Origin: Owenia fusiformis
Taxonomy: Eukaryota
Reading direction: 5' to 3'
Assembly: GCA_903813345.2 (NCBI GenBank)
Contig: CAIIXF020000001.1
Location: forward strand, 12,772,001 to 12,836,000
DNA: 64,000 nt
The translations under genes and the position numbers were made by a program. Each line of letters starts with the position of its first letter. Position 1 is the stretch's first letter. The notes under the pieces were generated by a model, which was not told the origin of the DNA, ran no database searches, and saw nothing but the letters and a program-made list of their open reading frames with translations. Shown here in pieces: positions 1-12,700 of this stretch.

Positions 1-1
1 A

Positions 2-415
2 GATAACGTTAGTGCTAGAGCCCCTGACCCAGAAGATCCACCAAGTGACAATGAACCTGATTTAGAAGGTGCATGTGTACATTGTCTGTGTAGGCCATGC
101 ATCACCCATGATGACAATCGTCAAATGTGGTGGCCAGAGAGCGACAGTCCTCCGACAGCGCATAACCACACATTTAGGAAGGAACTATTCAGATCCTTTT
201 GGAGTATCCTATCTAATCGAGGCATGTGGAACATTCCAATATATATTGCCCGAAAACAATTGGCTTTGCAGTCTCATCCAAGATATCAGGGATTAGTAGC
301 AGTTAGTCCCCGTGGACATAAAAGAGAGCTGATGCCTAACTGTGTTATACGCGTTGTGAGGCAATGGTACCCTAATCCTGAAGGTGTAGACTACATGGGG
401 CACATGTGGGAGTAA
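2..415 (+). CDS. 3' part of a Cys-rich protein resembling the P2X7 cytoplasmic-ballast / Kolobok KolX-like transposon accessory protein (5' end outside window)
   Basis: Frame is open from base 2 to TAA at 413-415. It reads ...EGACVHCLCRPCITHDDNRQMWWP...N..FRK..F..FW...RELMPNCVIRVVRQWYPNPEGVDYMGHMWE*. The CxxCxCxPC cluster and the 'P.CV...VR..YP.P....YMG' ending resemble ballast-like proteins. Family assignment is from memory. Confidence 0.55.
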   Translation, partial: DNVSARAPDPEDPPSDNEPDLEGACVHCLCRPCITHDDNRQMWWPESDSPPTAHNHTFRKELFRSFWSILSNRGMWNIPIYIARKQLALQSHPRYQGLVAVSPRGHKRELMPNCVIRVVRQWYPNPEGVDYMGHMWE

Positions 416-1595
416 TAAATATATGAACCTTAACAATGAACAATATTTGGAATCAATACATTTAATTTCCACCAGGCTACATATAATAAATATTGGAATG
501 AATAGGAACATAAATAAAACGTAACTCTTTGAAACATTATGAAACAACTGCATTTGAACATTGGAATCAATTATCATTATGCTTGTTAACAGTAAGAAAT
601 GACTTTATTTTTTTAACACATGTTGACCTTTGAACTTGCTTTGTATGGCAAATGTATATAAACAGAAAAATGCTTTTTCGTGTACTTGAGATATTATTTA
701 CTAAATAGAATCAAATCATTTGCAATGATTAACTCTAGATACATGTGCTTGTGTTTATAAACATTCTGGCAAATTTACCATATGCAGTGTATGGTAACAT
801 GATCTTTCACTTGATTGGCTAGTCATTTATGGGTATTAATGAGGTGGGCTGAACTCAACCATATGGCATGGAAACCTGGCCTTTAAACATATCACTAAAC
901 TGTCAAACCCCAGAGACTCATTAAGCAATGGGATGACAGACACCCATCATTAACACCTTAGATCAAGACACAACAGAGATAAACCTAATTATGATATAAT
1001 AAAAAGAGATCCATGTCAAATTAATGATGGTGATCTGATTTTGGACATATTTGCAATTTGAATACAATTGACTTGGTTAATGTCTTTATTTTTTCATTCC
1101 TAATTCCACCTCCCTTTATTAATATATTTTGCCATGTAATGAGATCACATTCTATTTATGGAATGAAATTGATGAGACCTGTTCTAATTTTTCTGAATGG
1201 CTTTTTATGTTAAATTTATTTTTTGTATTGCTTTTTTGCTGAGATGCAAGTAAAGAATTTGCAAATAACTCTAATGATTAAAAAGTGTCAAAATCCATAA
1301 TTTTTGAACATAACTGAAATGTCATAGCTCATCAAAATATGACACTAAATACATGTTTTGAGACATTAAAACAACTGGCACTGACAAATGACTTCCTTTG
1401 GGGTGTACCATTTAACAACGAAAGAAAGAACCTAACTTTCAATTACTCTAACTAAATGTTGTTTTATTCTGGTCCAGTTGATTCATTCTTGAGGGTAATG
1501 AGTGCAATGTTACAATGTCCCACTTCAAAATATCAATTGGTCTCGCCCTTGTCAGTTCCCATGCCAATCTAAGTTTCAATTTCATATCTTGCTGG

Positions 1596-2652
1596 GTAAA
1601 ATTTAAGAATGAATAACATTTGTTTTGAATTTGAGAAAACTGGTAGTTTTTATATTCATTGTAATTGGTTTTGAAGTCGTGTGACTTAAAGTGTATTTAT
1701 CAACAAAAAAGGCTAGTTCACTTCTTTAGATCAGCTAAAACAGTTTTTGACTAAATATAAAACTTTTACAATAATTTTATCCTTTTGGTGATCATATCAT
1801 ACCCAGATATATAGAGGTTAGTATTAAAATGATCTTAAAGGCCCCATGTAAAGTTTAACTCACTTTGGCTTATATTACAGTTCTATAGTCCAATTTTATC
1901 AAAATGTGCTATGTAAAACCTTTCAAACTGATTTCAAAAAATTGATTTTGAAGGTATTTTTGTTCAAAAAATTATGAATACATTTCAAATAAAGTTGAGA
2001 CTTGTAAAATTTAAGAATGAATAACATTTGTTTTGAATTTGAGAAAACTGGTAGTTTTTATATTCATTGTAATTGGTTTTGAAGTCGTGTGACTTAAAGT
2101 GTATTTATCAACAAAAAAGGCTAGTTCACTTCTTTAGATCAGCTAAAACAGTTTTTGACTAAATATAAAACTTTTACAATAATGTTATCCTTTTGGTGAT
2201 CATATCATACCCAGATATAGAGGTTAGTATTAAAATGATCTTAAAGGCCCCATGTAAAGTTTAACTCACTTTGGCTTATATTACAGTTCTATAGTCCAAT
2301 TTTATCAAAATGTGCTATGTAAAACCTTTCAAACTGATTTCAAAAAATTGATTTTGAAGGTCTTTTTGTTCAAAAAATTATGAATACATTTCAAATAAAG
2401 TTGAGACTTGTAAAATTTAAAAATGAATAACATTTGTTTTGAATTTGAGAAAACTGGTAGTTTTTATATTCATTGTAATTGGTTTTGAAGTCATGTGACT
2501 TAAAGTGTATTTATCAACAAAAAAGGCTAGTTCAATTCTTTAGATCAGCTAAAACAGTTTTTGACTAAATATAAAACTTTTACAATAATGTTATCCTTTT
2601 GGTGATCATATCATACCCAGATATATAGAGGTTAGTATTAAAATGATCTTAA
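1596..2652. repeat. Tandem repeat of a ~407-bp unit (starts at 1596, 2004, 2410); third copy is interrupted at TTAA and resumes at 9280-9440
   Basis: Near-identical blocks begin gtaaaatttaagaatgaataacattt. The unit contains ttaaaggccccatgtaaagttt, which also occurs inverted at 53099-53120. Confidence 0.95.
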
Positions 2653-4358
2653 CCCTATCAATGCTACAAAAAAAGGCAAATATTTCATTTTGCTGCTAAT
2701 TCAAGAATGAAGAGCTTTTGCCTCAGTGCTAGACTTTTCATGGTAAAATAGAGAAAATTAGGCCTCGGTATATCTGACTTCATAACTTAGTCATTATTTC
2801 CGATGGAACCATGTATGATACATCGTTGGAAAGCTAAAATGATTATCTTGATGAATAAATTATTCAAATATGCAAATTAGATATGACGTCATCAATATGG
2901 CCGCCATTTTACTTATTAGAAAAATAACGCTGTAAAATACAATTCATAGGTAATCATGAATTAATCCATTTGCCCCTACATCACATCCAATCAAATATAA
3001 ATTATAAAATAGGACAAAAAACTAGACAAAAATATAATTGCCCATGAATTTGTCATTTGCAGATTATATCTGGAACAATACATAGCACCATCGGCCGACC
3101 ATAACGTTTATAATCTTATCAAAGCTCATTTTCTACTAAAATCCTTGATTTTTTACCAAAATATTGATGGTATTACAAAAACAATTAATTATTACATTTG
3201 TATCTTATTTTGTCTACTGATATCAATACATAATATAAATATGAAGTTAATTAAATCATTCTGGATCAATACATGTATAGAAGATAAGAGAATTTCACAC
3301 ATACATATATCAATATCTGTTACCATGACAACGGGTAAGTGGATGTAACATTTTGTAAGAATTTGCAATTTACAGTACAATTAATTCACTAGCGTCCAGA
3401 TTGATTTCAATTCTATCCTAAAAAAAAATCTGCTCAAAGTTTTAACTTATTGTTGGCATTATGGCAATGAATATATGTTACCATGGCAACAGATTATGGT
3501 TTAACTTGACAAGTCATGCTTAGTTTGTTTGTTTGTTTTATTCATTATTTATATTGAAAAGTTACAGTCGTATAAATTGGACATTTAGATTGATTGATTT
3601 ATGCCCCTTGTATTTTCCTTTAATTTTTTCCCATCGTTTTTACATTTCAACCTACAGATTGTTGGTTGAAGAAGGTATTGAATGAGATATATTCTGTGCT
3701 ATAGTATTACTATATATTCATGTTCAATGTGTCTGCCAGCAGGAGTTGCCAAATTCATATCCTCTCCTCTTGCTGTTGAGAAGAAACATTTCAAATGAAA
3801 CCCTTTCCACATTCTGTCCTGGAATGGTGACAGGTCCCTAGCTGGCTACACAGAACATACTGCTTTTCTTGTTGTCAGGTAATATCCCTGGCCAATGGCT
3901 TAGTGCATTAACTAAAGTGCAGGACAGGAGGCAGTTGCAAGGCCCTCAATCAGGTCAATCATAAATGAGTATCTGAAAACAAACATCAGTAATATTATTT
4001 ATAAATGTTCACTTACATTGAAATCGATATATATATTGTGATGTATATTCAAAATTGTAATTGATATTAAAAGAAAAGAAAATATCATTTTATATCAGTT
4101 TCTTTAAAAAAGATACAATACATTTGTTACATGATTACACTGCCATATGAGGGTTATGGAAATTCATAATCAGACTTGACAGTCAAGGGGCTAGCTAATG
4201 ATATGAGCAGCTGTTGAGAACAGTTGCAAACTCGACACCTACTGTAGTGAAAAGATTAGCTAGTATATGTACATGTATGTACCAAAAGTACCCTCTCAAT
4301 GATCAGTTTCGACCATACCTGTAGCTCATGCTGACATGAGTTTTCTTAAACTACATAC

Positions 4359-6728
4359 CTTTGCATTGTCTTTTCTGTATCTGTGTGCTCTATATACAAT
4401 GTAAGAGTTAAGCAGCATTCAACTGAGTATTGCAACGCCCACTTTATGCCAGTATTGGAGTTCATCCATCATTGTGTGATCATTTGATCTGTGCTATCCA
4501 CTGTCCCCATCGGTTGTTATCCTGCAATATGTAAATGATTAGGCTATCTGATTATCATTTGTATAACAAATATTAGTTTTACTTATCATATGAACAAATT
4601 TCAGAAAATGCGCTATATATTCAATAAATATTTTGTACAAATCTATGTACCACGATTCCTTTCTTGAGACATGTATTTCACTGAGTCTGTTCAATGTGTT
4701 CTTTCTACTGTTTAGTAGTTACAATATACACCAGTCAGAAATAATATACAAATATTTAATTCTATTGAGGTTGAATACTTGTGCATCTTTCACTAGTGAT
4801 ATTTCACGAAGCCCGAAGTGCAAGTGGAATATCTTGTGAAAGCGTCAAGTGTCAAGCATTCACCAAAAATAGAATTAAATATTTATTTTATTATTCACTG
4901 TTATATTCCTCACTCACATATATGGAATGACAAACTATTGATGTCTAATTGACGATTTGCGATCAACGAATGGATTCTATCTTTTAGTGACGTCACAATT
5001 AGGCCAGCCAGCTTTAGATGCTTGATTTTGAGTGATTATCTTCTATATTTCATGCTTTATTGATTAATTTTTCACAAACGCGTTCGATTTGACTAGATCA
5101 ACATTCATGCTAAGCATATACCAAGTCTAAGATCTTACTGACATGATTTAGATAGCGGTTAAGCGCCCCCCGGTTTTGACAAAAACGGGGGGCGCTTATA
5201 GGCATCGATGTTTAATATGAATTTCACCCAAACTTCGCACATACATAGATAAACTCATGATCTAGTCAAATCGGCATACCTGGTAAATATCCGACCCATG
5301 GTTTTCATAAAAGAAACGACAATATTTTTAGCTCAAAACTGCCACGTGTCCGCCATTTCGTGATTCCATCATTTCTAATATCATTTCTATTTGACGTCAC
5401 ACCAATAAGACTAAACACGTGACAACAGTATCCATAAACAAAATTCCTGAATTCTGATCGCAAAAGGTCAATTAATAACAATGTACCCCCGAATATATAC
5501 AATCAAAATTACACTGGACTAAGTTGTGACAGATGAATATTGCTTGTTATTTTTGTTGATTTAATTTCAGTAGTACCATTCTTCTGTTTTCAGGGTAAAC
5601 TAAATCAAATGTCTGAGAGGAAAAAAAAAATAAAATAAAGTTATTTCATGTAACTTGTCTAAAGATATATGGCATTAACCAGGAAAGTTATGCAATGTTC
5701 CTGTGGTGTGAATATGTTTTAAATGTGAAAGCAAAATATAAAAGTGTAAAAATAGGGTCTTGTATTACATATTTTCACAGAAAGTTATCAAGGTAAAAAT
5801 TTTACCTCTTGCTCATAGAGACCAGTCCCGCAATCAGAGCAATGTTTTCATGGAGAGTATTATGGCAGAATTCCCGTTGAACGCAGAAATCAAGCACCTG
5901 ACCTTGATATAGGGGTTGCAGCCAGGCTTGTCTTCAACTAATGCAACCTCATTATTGTTCATGTGCCAGAACCGCAAAAGTAGCTGAAATCGGTCTCTCG
6001 TAAAGTTTTTTCCTAACTGGGGGTTGCCTGATTCCATCTATAATGAGAAAATGCATAGAGGTTATTTACTTGGAGGGATTGAACGTGGGGTTTATTTCCC
6101 TAGGATCATGATTTTTCATTTTTCGAATTTTCTTTTCTAAAATTAAATTATTTTTCCTTCAAAAATCTTCATTTTGGGCCAAATTTTTCATTTTAGGCCG
6201 AATTTTCATTTTTTCATACACAGTACTTTATATCATTTTACTTCATGATTTGAATTCATACATTACAAAATGTTTTTATTTTTTTATTTAGTGACCTGTT
6301 TCTGTACATGACCTATAAAATACTCTATAATCAGTCTTCTGATTAGTCTAATTAATCTTATGAAAAGGTTATAGTGTCACAATAATGGCAATACACATAT
6401 GTTCAGGGTTGGCTCTGGAAATTGACTTGCGGGACTTGAATTTAAATAAATGAGCTTTGGGTCCACTTTTTTCAAAAATGCCAAAGAAAAGTACAAAGAA
6501 ACGGCCTCTCAGCCTTTAGGCCGAGAATGACACCTGCCTTTCCCCTTGGCCATCAGTGATAAAACAAACATTACCTTGTTTTTGTCCAATATGACTCCAG
6601 TGTTGTTTTCTAAATCAAACACATATTTAGCAGCATCTCAATGAAGGCTTTCATTCAGAGATGGATGTACTGTATTTTCCCACTGTATAGCCTACTGCAA
6701 TCTTTGAGAAACTCCTCTTCTCTTTGTG
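4359..6728 (-). pseudogene. Intron-containing piggyBac transposase pseudogene (recognisable exon remnants 6575-6728, 5806-6037, 4359-4521; possible further pieces ~8700-8960 and ~3720-3970)
   Basis: Minus-strand translations give MKAFIEMLLNMCLI*..LESYWTK, FTRDRFQLLLRFWHMNNN...PYIKVRCLI and MGTVDSTDQMI...YWHKV.....MLLNSYIVY, all typical piggyBac transposase blocks. Each is bounded by AG and GT. Stops and frameshifts are present. Confidence 0.8.
4935..5485. mobile_element. Degenerate palindromic MITE-like insertion inside the piggyBac
   Basis: Central hairpin aagcgccccccggttttg-acaaaaacggggggcgctt (~5161-5197), with imperfect inverted arms (aattgacgatttgcgatca / tgatcgcaaaaggtcaatt). Boundaries are approximate. 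Confidence 0.55.
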
Positions 6729-9700
6729 CTGTAAAGGAAAGATCATTGTATATAAATATTTATTCCATAATTATAATAGCATGTTTTCCCTAGGAAAAAA
6801 ATAAGATTTCGCATCAGGCAAAATCCTGTATCAGATCCCATATTGGATCCGATATCAGAAGAATTCAATTGTATCATTTTATATCACACCATCATTGGGT
6901 GATGACATTCAAAACTTATAAATAAGTTTCAGTTGTGTTGGAGTATTAATATTTTCCCTGAGAAAATATGATATTGATCTCGAAGAATATCACTTTGACA
7001 CTTGGGCTATTGCCCTCGGTCAATATGATATTTTCCTTGGCCAATATTATATTTTCCCACAGAATAAAATTCATATACCATCTCTCCCATTAAATAATCT
7101 CTATATAACATAACATTTACTATATACAAGGAAGTAGCCATAATGGAAATGAGGGAAATTTCAAAAAAATATTTATACTGAAGCTGAAGTAGAGTGTTTA
7201 CCTAAATTTAAATCTGCCTCTTCCAGAGATCAAATTGATTTTATTGGGGCAATACTAGAATAATGTGCTTTCCTTTATCTTCACAGACTTAATATACACA
7301 TATTGTCCAAATAAATGTTTTCCTGAAAAATGGTGGTGAGGCAAAAGCCTCACCTGTCTCAAGTTTGGCTTCACCCATGTTACGGGTACAGGTACTGTAT
7401 AACTACCTGTATGAATACAGTAGATAAAAAATTATTGGTACATCCCTTTTGATATACAAATATGACCTTCATGCTGAACACATACTGTTAAACACTTTTG
7501 TACATGTTGTAATGTATTGTAAAACAGTACATTGTATTGTACTATACTACATTAATTATAATCAATATCATAAAGCTTGTACATGTACATAAATTGCAAT
7601 TATGTACTATACTCTAGTAATATTGGTAAACACTGAAACACTGTTTAATTGCCTACCTGTACATTGCAGTTGTTCAGCATAACATTACACTGTACTTTCA
7701 GCAGTCATATGATCCCAAACTCCATCCATGTATTAATCAAAGTAAATATCATTGATGCGGCATTTGGTATTGTTTGCTTTGTCTGGTTCCTAAAACATAT
7801 ATTGTCAGCTATACATGAAGTTCACAACAGTATAGCTCTTCACTTTATTCAGTGACTGACTATGTTGTAGTCAAAGCAGGGATTAAAAAAATAAATTGAG
7901 GTGGGACAACTAAGGCAAAACTGGACTGAAATACAACATTACTGTAATTCAATTAAAAACATCTGACACAGATTGGAACATAAATAAATGACAGGTGGAT
8001 GTGCTGAAGTGAGGATTTCCAATGTTAAAAATGTTGGAAAGTATGGGCTTTCAGATGGCCATGGTTGGTGATAGAAAATCCACCTGTCCACTCGAGTCTC
8101 AAGCCAATTCTCACGATATACATGTAGTGGCCTTAGAAGAAGGTAATTCCCAACTGTATTTGTCTTTGAAAAAGTTTGCTATCAGCTCTAGATGCATGGA
8201 TATTGTACATAGCCATACACGTCAATGTAAAAGAGTATTCGGTATACTAGTAATGTATATGTATTGTCCATGGCAATGAAACAGTGCAATGAAATAGTAC
8301 AATGAAATGATAAAGAAACAATAAGAAAATCAAAAATAAAATTGAAAATAAATTCATGAATTCTGCAGTTCATTAGTGGTTTAGACACTATAGAGCCATA
8401 AATATCATAAAATCAATAAATATTTGTTATCAGATATACATACAGTACCTTTCTCTGTGTCATTACATTGCAAAAAGACAATGATCCCTCAAGAATATGC
8501 GATATATTGAAGAGCAAATTTGTTCATTTTTAACCTGGATGGCGCCATTTTGAATGTCACATGATCACCATGATCAAGTCATGTGACTTAGTTTTTAAGT
8601 ATGTTATTTGCTCTATTTACACTCTAAATAAAATATGTTCGATAATAGTAGTCATCTAATAGTTAGATGAAAATAATTCAGTTCAAATAATTCAGCTGAT
8701 AACTTACAATGTCGATTATAATTGACACAACTCAAAAAAAATCTTGACTGGAATTTTTCTGGTCCTCCCGGGCTATTTACCTTATCAAATTGTAATCTTT
8801 CCTTTGATTGCCGAGGTCCAGGGACATATCTTCACTGATTACAAGGTATGGGAATATTCCCATCATCATCTGACTTGCTTCGGACACCAGAGAGATCAGA
8901 ATCACTATCAAATAGGCTCTCAATAAAAATCACTGCCATCGTCATTTAGTGCCGCCATTTTTCCCGCCAAATATTTGTTTGAAAATTTGTTTTTATTTTT
9001 CCTGTTTTTAAAAACTCGATCAAGTTGAGAAAAATGAACAAACAAGCACAGTGTTTCGAAATATTTATTGTTTTAGACATACAATATCATGTTTATTTGT
9101 GAAGATCTGCATGTCTTACATAATTACTGAGGGGAATCCCCTTTTACATGGGAATGACGTAAAGCCGATCTCATCGGCTTTAGCACTGAAGCAAAGGTTT
9201 TTCAGAGCCGATTTAATCGGCTCTCGCAAACACAAATGTGACGTCAGAGCCGATTTAATCGGCTCTCGCATTGACGGGGTTAAAGGCCCCATGTAAAGTT
9301 TAACTCACTTTGGCTTATATTACAGTTCTATAGTCCAATTTTATCAAAATGTGCTATGTAAAACCTTTCAAACTGATTTCAAAAAATTGATTTTGAAGGT
9401 CTTTTTGTTCAAAAAATTATGAATACATATTAAATAAAGTTTTAGTTGGCATGCATGTTGTACATACATTGTGCATTATACAAGTAATGATTTATAACAA
9501 TGCATAGCATACATTGAAAAGTACATCAAGTTACAAGAAAAGAAACCCCACAATCCCAGCCTTTGTAAAAAAATTCATATGCTCTACTTTATGTATATTT
9601 GGGATACTATGAAAGAAACACTTGTTCCATTTGTGGAAGTGCTGATAAGGAACTTAAATTCAGGTATATTATAAAAGAAATCAACAGAATATCAAACATT

Positions 9701-12700
9701 ATCAAATTGAAAGAGAATCTACATTGATGTAGCGGATGCATGTTAAAAGGAAAATAGCAAATGCTAATCGTAAAATACATTTATCTCCTCTTGCTGGTTC
9801 AAATTTGCCCTGGCATCAAAAGAAATATAACCCCTTTTGTTACCTATATATCACATTAACGATGATACAAAAGATATCTTCAAAAGTCTTACTTTCCTAA
9901 TTGCAACCACTGCTACAGACTATCTGTTGCCTGTTAACTCAGGATGAATACCAAAGCTAAAATAAGCCATTGATCTTGGGAAAAGATTGGCTTTGATGGG
10001 TGTTATATTGGTTGGTATGGTTTATTGGGATTTTAGTATATTTGAGCTTCTGAATGTTGCCTTTTGTTTTCTGTTAGTTGTACTTTTGTTGCTGAAGATT
10101 ATTAATATTGAAATATTAAACTGTAAATATATTGGTTTCTTAGTTAATAACATTTCACACATTATTGAAGTATGATATCATAAAACATGCAAATACTGTA
10201 CATTTATACAAACTAGTATTCTTTATTATTAATAACACATTGGCCTCACTGGTATGCCAGTTTGGGGTTATTTTACGAATATAAAGCTAAAATATAAAGG
10301 TCACAAAAGGCCGGCTTTTTATTTTTTTGTTTGTTTGTCTATTTGTTTATTTGCTTGTTTGATTAAAGAAAATTAATCCTTTAGAGAAGTGAGAAATCTT
10401 TAAAAAAAACTTGGGACTCTCTCTGATTTTCCCTTTGGAAATATCTCCATCAAAAGTATAAATTTTAACCACCAGAAATCCCATCCAGCCCGGTCTGAAG
10501 GTGTTGATGCATAAAATACAAAATTTGTTATCAGATGTTATCATAGAGATATAGCTAGACCTTGGGGGAGACGTCTGGTCTCATTTCATGCTCAATTTCA
10601 GACTTTATCTCACATCCTGTTGACACCTAGTTCCTTCAGGTATGATGGGGGATTGTAATAGGAATACTTTAACATTGAAAAGTTTGCTTCTTATAGAATC
10701 AATGTTTTATTCATGCAATGTTTGGATTATAAAAGCCATGATTTTTAAAGTTGATAAACTCTTTTCCAAACCACATTTCTAATCTAATTTTACATGTAGA
10801 TTCCAAATATGACATCAGTTTGACTGACTTTTAAATTTTTTATGACGTCAATCAAGTTTATTTCTACTTGCATCTAGTCTATTAGTTAACATATTTTTCA
10901 ATGTTGCTGAAGATAATTGATTATGATTAAATAAAATAAAACAAAAACATTTTGCATTATTCAGTACCATGCATGTACAAAAATATTGCTTTTTTCCTTC
11001 AGAATAACTTTTATCTTAATATAGTATAATTCATAATTTTGATTACAATTTTAGATGTGTATGCAACATTTGAAGTTGAAGATGTCAATTGGATAAGTAT
11101 TTAACATTTCTATTCAGGTCTGTTATCGACTGCAAGATATGTTTTATCTGCATTATTTTATGAATCATGTCAACAACCACATCCCCACAGGATGAGAATT
11201 TAAAGGTTTATCTGATTCCTACTTTTGAAGTATACCAATAGTCAAGATTTTGTCACTCAAGATGACAAACGTACTATTTCATATTGGGGATAACCATGGG
11301 TCTTCCAGACAAAGACCAAAATATAACTTAGTCATGTTAATAAAGAGCACCTTATACAGGTTAGTCTGATCACAAGGCTATTATAGATGTAACAACAAAA
11401 TCAGAATGAACACAAAACAGCACTACCTGCACTGCAGTATAAGAAAATGCAAGCCAATTAATTGGACAAAACTAGCCTAATGGCTTTTCATAAACTATAA
11501 TAAAATATTCACTTGAACTTGTAAAAGTCATGATAGAGGGTTTATATCATTTAATTAAACACCTCATTGAACACCTCATTCTAGTGAACACTTCTCCTCA
11601 AGGAAAATATATTTCTAGAGGACACCTTAGGGAAAACATCTTCCAAGTAAACACCTCTCCTTAAGGAACACCTCTCCAAAGTAAACACATCCTCCTTCGA
11701 GAACACCTCCCCTTAATGAACACCTCTCCTTTGGGAACACTTCCTAACAGGGCTAACAGTGTAAAGCTTTTCTTAGCAAATGATTCAGAATACTATACAG
11801 ATTCAGATTTTTAATGAAACATTTAGAACGTTTTGTAGATAAAATTTACTGCTCCCATCCAAGATCCCTCCTTATACTGGATTCCCAGGTGTATCTCGGC
11901 TGCATATAACAACTTTGCTGGACAAAATTAAACCCAAATAAAAAGTAACTGATAAACAAGTTCTTGGGAAGGCACATTCAGAGTAACCAGCTTTGATTCC
12001 TAAAACACCAAAGTCATAGAATACTTGACCTTTCACTAAATGTTTTATCCGAACAAGAATCAAAGCAAAGTGTCTATTAGGATAGTGAGTTACAACTATA
12101 CCTGCCAATAAAATATGCTTTAATGGGAGTAATAAATTTATTTTGACTTAATGTATGCTTTCAGCATTGGAGAAACAGATGAAAAAATAAACAGAGACTA
12201 TTCCTGGTAGCTATATATTTCTGTAGAAAGGATGTTAATGCCAATAATGTCATTTCAGTCAATATAAACCTTCTACATGTAATTACTTTCTCTTTAAATC
12301 CTATAATCATGTTATCCAAGTTTTTAATTTGAACACAATTTAGAGTATTAACTACATTTCAGTTTATTCCTTGTTAATTCCTCTCAATAGTGTCACCATG
12401 CCTTATTAAAACATGATAGCTAAGAAGTGTTTGTTATAGGTGTAATAGTTTTTAATAGTACATATATACTTGTTGTTTAATGGTTGGAATAGAGTTATGT
12501 TATCTATATGGCCACTTCCACCATTATACATTACGTAATAGATAATACGTTACTTAGAGCTCCACTTCTTACTTCAGACAGGATGCCTCAAACAATTAGT
12601 TTCAAGTGCTTAAGATGTTAACCTAGGCTGAGATCTAATTTTAAATATATTAACATAAATAAACAAATGTTGAAACAGCAAACAAACAATTAAACAAACA

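Larger units (their letters stand above)
2653..9279 (-). mobile_element. Decayed piggyBac DNA transposon (6.6 kb)
   Basis: TTAA TSDs at 2649-2652 and 9280-9283. Ends are CCCTATCAATGC / GCATTGACGGGG (10/12 inverted match). Removing it restores the tandem unit aaatgatcTTAAaggccccatg. Internal piggyBac transposase remnants are on the minus strand. Confidence 0.9.

Noticed and set aside
10417-10870. Similarity to 21262-21440
   Set aside because: Ordinary dispersed repeat fragments without definable ends.
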